DNA of 64,000 nucleotides from Thermodesulfobacteriota bacterium (GTDB lineage Bacteria > Desulfobacterota_D > UBA1144 > Nemesobacterales > UBA2774): assembly GCA_965216785.1 (NCBI GenBank), contig OZ244197.1, positions 1,760,001 to 1,824,000 of the forward strand. The letters run 5' to 3'. The position numbers and the translations under genes are program-made. Positions within the stretch are counted from its first letter, which is position 1, and every line of letters begins with the position of its first letter. Positions 41,197 to 48,542 of this stretch are shown here, piece after piece. Below the pieces are notes generated by a model that searched no databases, was not told where the DNA came from, and saw nothing but the letters and a program-made list of their open reading frames with translations.

Positions 41197-42135
41197 ATGG
41201 TTAACGATATAAGCTCAAAACGTATACTTTTAACCGGCGGCAGCGGGTTTCTCGGCTCTTTTGTTGTGGATGAACTTATTTCCAGAGGGGTTAAAAGGGA
41301 GAATATTGTAATACCCAGAAGCAGCGACCTTGATTTGAGAAAGTGGGAGAACTGCCAGAGCGCTGTAAAAGATGCGGATGTGGTTATACATCTTGCCGCA
41401 AGGGTAGGGGGTATAGGTTTTAACTTAAAATTCCCGGCTGAGCTTTTTTATGATAACGCAATTATGGGTATACAGCTTATGGAAGCTGCCAGACTATCTG
41501 GAGTCGAGAAGTTTGTGGCTGTCGGCACTGTCTGCGCCTATCCAAAATTCACCCCGGTACCTTTTAAAGAGGAGAATTTGTGGGACGGGTACCCGGAGGA
41601 GACGAACGCGCCCTACGGAGTGGCTAAAAAAGCCCTCCTGGTTCAGGCTCAGTCTTACAGGAAGCAATATGGGTTTAACGCCATATACCTTGTGCCGGTG
41701 AACCTCTACGGCCCGGGTGATCATTTTGATCCTGAGGACGCTCATGTGATTCCGGCGCTAATATTAAAGTTCTTTGATGCAAAGCTAAGGGGTTTGGATA
41801 AGGTTGTCGCCTGGGGTACAGGCAGCCCTTCAAGGGAGTTTCTCTACGTAAAAGACGCCGCGCGCGGAATTGTGATGGCGACCGAAGGGTATGACAAGGC
41901 CGACCCTGTGAACCTGGGTTCCGGAGAGGAAATCAGGATCAAAGATCTTGTAAATATGATAAAAGAGATGGTGGGTTATGAGGGGGAGCTTGAGTGGGAT
42001 ACCACACGTCCTGACGGACAGCCGAAGAGAAAACTCGATGTATCTAAGGCAATGGAGGAGTTCGGCTTTCAATCCGAGACATCCTTTAAAGAGGGACTGG
42101 CCAAAACAATTGAGTGGTATAAAGAAAATATGTGA
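41197..42135 (+). CDS. fcl: GDP-L-fucose synthase
   Basis: LAARVGGI, GTVCAYPK, NLYGPGD, HVIPALI, WGTGSPSREF; follows gmd. Confidence 0.93.
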   Translation: MVNDISSKRILLTGGSGFLGSFVVDELISRGVKRENIVIPRSSDLDLRKWENCQSAVKDADVVIHLAARVGGIGFNLKFPAELFYDNAIMGIQLMEAARLSGVEKFVAVGTVCAYPKFTPVPFKEENLWDGYPEETNAPYGVAKKALLVQAQSYRKQYGFNAIYLVPVNLYGPGDHFDPEDAHVIPALILKFFDAKLRGLDKVVAWGTGSPSREFLYVKDAARGIVMATEGYDKADPVNLGSGEEIRIKDLVNMIKEMVGYEGELEWDTTRPDGQPKRKLDVSKAMEEFGFQSETSFKEGLAKTIEWYKENM

Positions 42136-42312
42136 CCGTAACTTTTCAATATGAAAATATGACCTCTCGCGTTTGTTATTTCTACTCCCTATTATGATCA
42201 AATCTTGTAGTACTTCCTCAAGAATGCGCGATACTTAAAAATATTTTTGTGTATATGAAAAAGAACTAGGACTATAATTAATATGGGTTATTATAGATTA
42301 GCAGAAAGATTG

Positions 42313-42446
42313 TTGCAGGCGAAAAAGGGCAAACCGCTAGAAATAGCGGGGCGCAAAGCTACTGGCCTAAGTCCCGGATCTTCTTTCTTAGTCACGTTTA
42401 TACGATAAGGCTTCTGATGGGATATGGCGGCAGAGTTGCCGGCTGG
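42313..42446 (+). ncRNA. c-di-GMP-I (GEMM) riboswitch with elongated P3
   Basis: GGGCAAACCGCTA-GAAA-TAGCGGGGCGCAAAGC (P2 with GNRA loop), GGCCTAA...ATGGCGGCAG (tetraloop receptor/P3), GTTGCCG 3' end; in the leader of ORF 42496. Confidence 0.9.
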
Positions 42447-42495
42447 ATAAACCCCTTCACGTCTGCAATCATTAACGGACTTGGAGAGGTGAGCA

Positions 42496-44658
42496 ATGAT
42501 TCGGTCGTTATGCATTAATAAATCCATATTAACGCTGTTATTTCCCGTATTTTTTGTTTTCATCGGGCTAATGCAAACAAACGCAGCGGAACTTATCCTT
42601 TCATGGCAGGACAACTCGAGCTTTGAAGAAGGCTTCTACATCGAGCGGAGTCTGGGTCAAGGCGGGCCGTTCGAAAGAATCGCGACATTAGAACCCGATT
42701 CAACTTCCTATGTAGATTCATCCATCTCATATGAATTTATATATTGTTATACGGTAGTTGCCTTTAATTCGAGCGGCACATCACAAAGTGAAGTCGGTTG
42801 TAATTTAGTGCCGTGTCCCAATTCTTTAAACTGCACGACGGGAGGCCAGCCCTCTGAGGGGAGCAATCCTGTTCTCTCTTTTGACTTTGAGGGATACGGA
42901 GCGGGTGAAGACCCTGAGCTCTGGAAGGATACGAAGAAGAATAATAGTTTTAACGAAGACCCGAGCCTTTTTACGACTAGAGCGGCGCAAAATACGATTG
43001 TCTTCGGGACCGATTCCGAGGACACCAATATTCATTCCCATTACGCCGGCGAAGATGCCCTTAACTTATCTAACTACACCTACAGCGGAAAAATGTATAT
43101 CACAGACAGCGGAGGCGGGGTCGGGGTTACATTCTTTAGCAGGTATCCGGAGGACCAGGATGTTTACTACAGGCTGAGGAGATACGGAAGTAAACCCAAG
43201 TTTCATATATCCGCGCACGGGACATCGGTTAAGGGAGATACTAAAACCGAAGTCAATCCACAAACTAATAAATGGTATCTCTTCCGGATAGAGGTGGAGG
43301 ATACGGGGACGCGGACGAATATTCGCGCCAAGGTTTGGAAGCAGGGAGCGGCGGAGCCACAGGAGTTTCAGATAGACGCATATGATGACAGCGGCTCAAG
43401 GATTAGTTCCGGTACGGTTGGTGTTTGGACTATGGGTGATGGAACAAAACTTTTCGATGACCTCGCAGTTTTATCTGATGAGTCGGGAGCTGTGGCTGAG
43501 CCTGTGAATAATCCCCCTGTTGCTGTTTTTGAGATGCCCGGTTCTGCTTTAGTTGAGGAAGATGTGTTATTGGATGCTTCGGAAAGCTATGACCCGGATG
43601 GTGATGAGCTCAGCTATACTTGGGATTTTGGAGACGGCTCTTTTGGGGAGGGAGTAACGGTGGATCATCAGTTTTCGGACCCCGGAACTTATGAGATTAC
43701 GTTAACTGTGATCGATTCAAGTCTCACAGACTCCAGTACCTCTGCACTGATTGTAGATCTTCCCGTAAATGCTCAGCCCGTAGCGCTAATTAAGGTTGAG
43801 CCTTCAAACGTAGCTATTGCGGGGGAAATGCTATTTTTCAATGCTTCAGATAGTTATGACCCGGACGGTCATCCTATGAATTACGCATGGGACTTTGGGG
43901 ACGGTTCTAACGCAACTGGTATTGAGGTAAGCCATAGCTTTTCTGAACCCGGCGTATATGAGGTCTTGTTAGCTGTAGACGACGGTCAGTTGAGCGGCAC
44001 CGAGAGCATTGAAATAGTTATAAGTGAGGACGTGCAATCCATAGTGCTTTCGGATAATTTCGAGCTATACGGGGCGGAGGAAGATCCAGACAATTGGAAT
44101 GATACTGGGAAGAATAATAGTTTTAATGAAGACCCGGGGCTATTTGAGACAAAAGCGCTTGGAAGCAATATTGCATTCGGAACAGATAGCAGAAAAACCA
44201 ATATTCACTCCCATTACAACGGTGAAGGTGCGGCTATGTGGGCAAATTATACCTATACCGGGAGGATATACATCACTAACAGCAGGGCGGGAATCGGGGT
44301 TACCTTTTTAAGCCAATATCCTGACGAAGAAGATGTTTACTACCGGCTGAGGAGATATTCTCGCAAGTCTGAATTCTATATTTCCCCTCACGGGACTTCG
44401 GTTGAGGGAGATACCAAAACCGATGTAAATCCGGAAATCAACATGTGGTATCGATTCCGGATTGAAGTGGAAGATACGGGGACGCGTACGAATATACGCG
44501 CGAAGGTATGGAAAGACGGGGACATGGAGCCTGTAGGTTTTCAGATAGACGCTTATGATGACAGCAGTTCAAGGATTACTTCCGGTACAGTCGGTACCTG
44601 GACTATGGGCAGAGGTTTAAAACTCTTCGATGATCTTGAGGTTGAACTTAGGCAATAG
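42496..44658 (+). CDS. Secreted multidomain protein: FN3 + two lectin/LamG-like repeats + two PKD domains
   Basis: Signal peptide; LSWQDNS..EEGFYIERS FN3; DAS.SYDPDG....Y.WDFGDG twice; duplicated ~200-aa domain. Confidence 0.85.
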   Translation: MIRSLCINKSILTLLFPVFFVFIGLMQTNAAELILSWQDNSSFEEGFYIERSLGQGGPFERIATLEPDSTSYVDSSISYEFIYCYTVVAFNSSGTSQSEVGCNLVPCPNSLNCTTGGQPSEGSNPVLSFDFEGYGAGEDPELWKDTKKNNSFNEDPSLFTTRAAQNTIVFGTDSEDTNIHSHYAGEDALNLSNYTYSGKMYITDSGGGVGVTFFSRYPEDQDVYYRLRRYGSKPKFHISAHGTSVKGDTKTEVNPQTNKWYLFRIEVEDTGTRTNIRAKVWKQGAAEPQEFQIDAYDDSGSRISSGTVGVWTMGDGTKLFDDLAVLSDESGAVAEPVNNPPVAVFEMPGSALVEEDVLLDASESYDPDGDELSYTWDFGDGSFGEGVTVDHQFSDPGTYEITLTVIDSSLTDSSTSALIVDLPVNAQPVALIKVEPSNVAIAGEMLFFNASDSYDPDGHPMNYAWDFGDGSNATGIEVSHSFSEPGVYEVLLAVDDGQLSGTESIEIVISEDVQSIVLSDNFELYGAEEDPDNWNDTGKNNSFNEDPGLFETKALGSNIAFGTDSRKTNIHSHYNGEGAAMWANYTYTGRIYITNSRAGIGVTFLSQYPDEEDVYYRLRRYSRKSEFYISPHGTSVEGDTKTDVNPEINMWYRFRIEVEDTGTRTNIRAKVWKDGDMEPVGFQIDAYDDSSSRITSGTVGTWTMGRGLKLFDDLEVELRQ
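42871..44645 (+). repeat. Intragenic duplication of a ~600-bp domain (approx. 42871-43470 and 44044-44645)
   Basis: Near-identical peptides in both copies: KNNSFNEDP, TNIHSHY, DVYYRLRRY, FRIEVEDTGTRTNIRAKVWK, FQIDAYDDS, KLFDDL. Confidence 0.9.
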
Positions 44659-44671
44659 GAGGTTAGTAGTA

Positions 44672-46861
44672 ATGATGCGCATTCTATTAGCATTTGTAAT
44701 TGCTCTTCTATGTAGCTTCTCTAGCGCATACGCGGTAGAGATCTATGTATCCGTATCAGGTGACGATAATAACCCCGGAACGGCATCTTTCCCCTTAAGG
44801 ACTATAGGAAAAGCGGTCGAGATGGGGAAGATAGAAAATGCCAAAAACGAGCCTGTAACTATCACTTTATTGCCGGGGACTTACAGAGAGGCTGTGAAGT
44901 GGTATAGAAGCGGCAATACTACGGACTCTCCGATAGTTTTTCAAGCGTCTCCTTTAAAGAGCGCTGTTATTTCAGGCTCCGATATTTTTACTAACTGGGT
45001 TAGTGAATCACAGCCCAATTTGTATTCGCACTCATGGACTAAAAATTGGGGTGTTCCCGGCAATTTGGGTGAGACTTCGGGGGAAGTGGCCAGGCGCAGG
45101 GAGTTGGTTTTCATAGACGGTGAATTGCTGACTCAAGTTACATCGTTCAATGCGCTTACGGACAACTCTTTTTATGTAGACGATCCTGCCCAGAAGCTCT
45201 ATATCCAGACAACCTCTAACCCTAATAATAGTAGAGTGGAAGTAGGGGTCCGGCAAGAAATCTTTGATATCAATCAATTAAATAACCTTTCGGTAAAGGG
45301 GATAGTCTTTCAGCACGATACTACGCCCGCAGATAAGTGGGCTGTGATTTTTAGAGGGGTTGAGAATGTCTTGGTTGAGGATAGTGAATTTCTGTGGAAC
45401 ACATGGGGAGGGCTGCGTTTTGAGACCAGTAATAATGTGGAGATCCGAAGGATCAAGGCAAACCATAACGGTGGTAAGGGTACGGAGGTATTCCGGACAA
45501 CAAACCTGTTGTTTGAAGACAGTGAGATGTCCTATAACAACTGGCGCGGGTTTGCGGGCGGCTTTACGGGCTGGTCAGTCGCCGGGTCTAAGCATTTGAG
45601 GATTCACGGCGCAGTATACAAAAACTTGATAGCCATAGATAACAAAGCTCGCGGTTTTTGGCTTGATTTTGACAGTCAGGATATAGAATTTGACGGGCTA
45701 ATCGCGCTTGGAAATATGGAAGGCGGATTAGGGGTTGAGGCAAACCAGGGCCCTATTGCAATCCGCAACAGTGTCATCTGTAATACTATTACTCGCGATG
45801 GTGTTCAGTCCTTTGGAGGTATTCTAGCCTCCAATTCCGAGAACATCACTTTGGAAAATAGTGTGCTTGGCCATAATCAAACGGGTCAGATCAGGCCCAG
45901 AGGTTCGAGCGGCAGGCCTGTGGATAATTGGGAGACCGGTCAGACTGTTACCTTGTTTAGTAAGAACTGGACAACCAATAACAATATTGTTTTCGGGTCA
46001 GGGAAGAGCGAAATATTATGGTATTACGCCGATAGTGGAGGCGATCTATTCCTCAGTACGTATACAGGCAATAACAATATTTACTGGAATACGAGACCGG
46101 ACGTATTCAGATTGCAGGGTGACAACGACTTTCAAACTTGGCAGCAGATGACCGGACAAGAGCAAAATTCGGTTTTTGACGACCCCACACAGGCCAGCTT
46201 GTCGAATGAGCAGCAGAGGAGATTAGATATATGCCTTGGCTTGATTCCACCTACCCCTCCGGCAGCTACTGTAGGCACTCTTACTCACGATTCCGCTGAA
46301 ATAATTTGGCATACCAGTGAGCTGTCCGACAGCAGAGTGGAATACGGGCTAACGGATTCGTACGGCAGCACTAGCGCGCTTGATCCTGCGCTCGTATTAG
46401 ATCACAGGGTTTTGCTAACTGGTCTTAGCCCGGAAACTACATATCATTTTAGGGTTATATCAAATGATGAATCCGGCAGTACATTTATTTCGGAAGATTT
46501 TACTTTCACCACTACGCCGTTCGCCGATAACTCTCCGCCTTCAATCCCGACGGTTCTTACGGCAATAGTGATTTCCAGCTCTCAAATCAATCTGTCATGG
46601 GGCGCTTCTACGGATAATGTAGGTGTAACGGGCTATCGCATATATAGGGATAATTCCCTAGTTGCCACGACCGCCGATACGTTTTATTCCGATACGGGTT
46701 TAACACAAACCACTCAATATATCTACACTGTGACAGCTATAGATGCGGCAGGCAACGAGTCGGCACATTCCGAACAGGTTTCTGCAACCACAAAAATCGA
46801 TCCCTCAAGTTTGCCACCTGAGGCTCCTAGTAATCTCGAAGTTAATATTCCTCAAGAGTAA
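44672..46861 (+). CDS. Secreted right-handed beta-helix protein with C-terminal FN3 domains (possible polysaccharide lyase/hydrolase or adhesin)
   Basis: Signal peptide, YVSVSGDDNNPGT..P..TI, PGTYRE, Asn-rich beta-helix repeats, SDSRVEYG and LSWGASTDNVGVTGY FN3 motifs; AGGAGG SD. Confidence 0.85.
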   Translation: MMRILLAFVIALLCSFSSAYAVEIYVSVSGDDNNPGTASFPLRTIGKAVEMGKIENAKNEPVTITLLPGTYREAVKWYRSGNTTDSPIVFQASPLKSAVISGSDIFTNWVSESQPNLYSHSWTKNWGVPGNLGETSGEVARRRELVFIDGELLTQVTSFNALTDNSFYVDDPAQKLYIQTTSNPNNSRVEVGVRQEIFDINQLNNLSVKGIVFQHDTTPADKWAVIFRGVENVLVEDSEFLWNTWGGLRFETSNNVEIRRIKANHNGGKGTEVFRTTNLLFEDSEMSYNNWRGFAGGFTGWSVAGSKHLRIHGAVYKNLIAIDNKARGFWLDFDSQDIEFDGLIALGNMEGGLGVEANQGPIAIRNSVICNTITRDGVQSFGGILASNSENITLENSVLGHNQTGQIRPRGSSGRPVDNWETGQTVTLFSKNWTTNNNIVFGSGKSEILWYYADSGGDLFLSTYTGNNNIYWNTRPDVFRLQGDNDFQTWQQMTGQEQNSVFDDPTQASLSNEQQRRLDICLGLIPPTPPAATVGTLTHDSAEIIWHTSELSDSRVEYGLTDSYGSTSALDPALVLDHRVLLTGLSPETTYHFRVISNDESGSTFISEDFTFTTTPFADNSPPSIPTVLTAIVISSSQINLSWGASTDNVGVTGYRIYRDNSLVATTADTFYSDTGLTQTTQYIYTVTAIDAAGNESAHSEQVSATTKIDPSSLPPEAPSNLEVNIPQE

Positions 46862-46935
46862 AGGTTCTCCCGTTATTCACTTGTCCACAGAATAAACGCT
46901 GATGTGTAAGTGTCGAATATTATTGTAAAAAAGAG

Positions 46936-47009
46936 CGTCCCCGAGAGGATTCGAACCTCTGGCCTCAGGATTAGGAATCCTGCGCTCTATCCTGCTGAGC
47001 TACGGGGAC
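46936..47009 (-). tRNA. tRNA-Arg(CCT)
   Basis: Reverse complement GTCCCCGTAGCTCAGCAGGATAGAGCGCAGGATTCCTAATCCTGAGGCCAGAGGTTCGAATCCTCTCGGGGACG folds as a cloverleaf; anticodon CCT; CCA not encoded. Confidence 0.97.
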
Positions 47010-47019
47010 TGTTTAATGA

Positions 47020-47032
47020 TATCAAGGGGTTA
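47020..47032 (+). promoter_or_regulatory. IHF-consensus site next to the att/tRNA junction
   Basis: TATCAAGGGGTTA matches WATCAAnnnnTTR exactly. Confidence 0.5.
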
Positions 47033-48125
47033 TGAGCTTAATATTTCTATTGGTCTCGTCATCAGTGTCCAAATAGGTGACCGTTGGCGAGAATTGTAAG
47101 TGCTCAACAGCTTCCTTTTTGTGTTGGGGTGATGGGTGTATGTATCTTTTAGTAGTGCTTATATCTTTATGTCCCATCAGTTCTTGTATCGTAGCAATAT
47201 CTACACCAGACATTGATAGATTACTCCCGAAACTATGTCTTAGATCATGGAACCTTAAATGTGCTATCCCTGACCTTCTTAGAGCACCCCAGAAGGCCTT
47301 TTTTACCGTCTTGACTGGAATACCATTGGCTCCAGCAAAAAGGTGCTCACAATTGTTATTATTAATAACAGACTTTAGAGTCTTCATCAATAGGGAATTA
47401 ATCGGTACATGCCTAATATCTCCATTCTTGCTTTCTCTGACGAGTATATACCTGTCTCTAAGGTTTATGTCAGAAACCCTTAGATTAAGGATCTCAGACC
47501 TTCTTAACCCTGTATGTATGGCTATCATAAGGATAGGTTTTAGGAATTCAGAAGCTGCTGCATATAGTTTTGCGAACTCATCTATTGAGATCACTCGTAA
47601 TTGTTTAGGCTTTTCAGGAAATAATTTTACTTGAGCAACTGGATTGTTCGATATCATATTCCACTCAATTGCTTTTTTAAACATATGTTTCAGCATTGAA
47701 AGTTCTCTATTAATACTTGCCTTAGCAGGACTTTTACCATTTTTCATTATTTCCTTTTGCCGAGATGATTTATATTTTTCAACATGCCAGTTGGTAATTT
47801 GCTGGATTGTTCTTCCATTGAAATATCGCCTAAGATGTTTGGAGGATGTCATGTCTCTGTCATAAGAGTTTGGTCTTTTGTTCGCTTTTGAATATTCAAG
47901 ATATTGTGTAACCAACCTTTCAAATGGAGTTGGCTTGATAGCACTTTCTAATTTGAATTTACCTTGGGCCATTTCTGCTTTTCTTATAGACAAGGCTTTC
48001 TTAGCATCTTCACGATTAATTCTGGAAGGATCGACACCGGGGATTGAAACAACCTCTCGTTTCCTCTTCCCATTCGGCATATAATAATCTATGTACCATC
48101 TGTTACCTTTTCGATAATATCCCAT
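47022..48125 (-). CDS. int: Tyrosine recombinase/integrase (phage-integrase family)
   Basis: Arm-binding N-terminus WYIDYY..GKRKR, TGLRRSE, SKNG, FHDLRHSF, LMGHKDISTTKRY (R-K-H-R-H-Y). Confidence 0.96.
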   Translation of the reverse strand: MGYYRKGNRWYIDYYMPNGKRKREVVSIPGVDPSRINREDAKKALSIRKAEMAQGKFKLESAIKPTPFERLVTQYLEYSKANKRPNSYDRDMTSSKHLRRYFNGRTIQQITNWHVEKYKSSRQKEIMKNGKSPAKASINRELSMLKHMFKKAIEWNMISNNPVAQVKLFPEKPKQLRVISIDEFAKLYAAASEFLKPILMIAIHTGLRRSEILNLRVSDINLRDRYILVRESKNGDIRHVPINSLLMKTLKSVINNNNCEHLFAGANGIPVKTVKKAFWGALRRSGIAHLRFHDLRHSFGSNLSMSGVDIATIQELMGHKDISTTKRYIHPSPQHKKEAVEHLQFSPTVTYLDTDDETNRNIKLITP

Positions 48126-48408
48126 ACTGCTTTCTCCTCTTGAATTTTTTCTCTAATTCTTCAAGTGGATCTATTTCTTTTTTTTCCTTTCCTACATATA
48201 TACAGTGAGTTTTGTTTTTATAAGTGAAGTACGCATACCAGTACAAACCGTGACCCGAACCCCCTTCTCTACACTTACTACAGCCACATTTCGAGGGCTT
48301 CTGCTGATAAACAACCGCTGGGGGTAAAAGAGTTTCTATATGATTATGGAGCTGTCGAAGTTCATAAACACTAAGTTCCTTTAAAATAGGAGCAATCTTA
48401 TCTAACAT
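48103..48408 (-). CDS. DUF6788-like small Cys/His protein overlapping the integrase start
   Basis: KCGCSKC..G.GHGLYWYAY....KTHCIYVGK motif; overlaps int by 23 nt. Confidence 0.7.
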   Translation of the reverse strand: MLDKIAPILKELSVYELRQLHNHIETLLPPAVVYQQKPSKCGCSKCREGGSGHGLYWYAYFTYKNKTHCIYVGKEKKEIDPLEELEKKFKRRKQYGILSKR

Positions 48409-48445
48409 TATTAGATATGCTACTACATTTTATCTTCAATTTCAA
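48400..48445 (-). promoter_or_regulatory. Sigma70-like promoter for DUF6788-int with an overlapping palindrome
   Basis: Minus strand TTGAAA(48445-40)-17 bp-TAGCAT(48422-17), ATG 8 nt after the -10, no SD; ATCTAA-N5-TTAGAT at 48400-48416. Confidence 0.5.
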
Positions 48446-48542
48446 GACTCCTTTAAAATTGTTCGATAAGCATCATCCTGGAAGAATAATAATTCTTGTT
48501 ATATCATTTAAATGTTAGAGAGTTCTTCTCAGGATGTGAGGA

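Noticed and set aside
42326-42335. 3',3'-cGAMP (GEMM-Ib) riboswitch variant
   Set aside because: The discriminating position is G (GGGCAAACC), as in c-di-GMP binders, not A
46862-46935. The EPS locus as a second island integrated at the tRNA 3' end
   Set aside because: No integrase or duplicated tRNA 3' fragment found on the left side within the window
47077-47634. 185-aa + strand ORF and the many other short overlapping ORFs in the track (e.g. 1835-2293, 9826-10317, 18517-18984)
   Set aside because: Antisense or out-of-frame shadows of well-supported genes, with no motifs of their own
48471-48490. catcatcctggaagaat as a fourth, inverted degenerate repeat left of rloC
   Set aside because: Needs several indels to align and could be chance in AT-rich DNA
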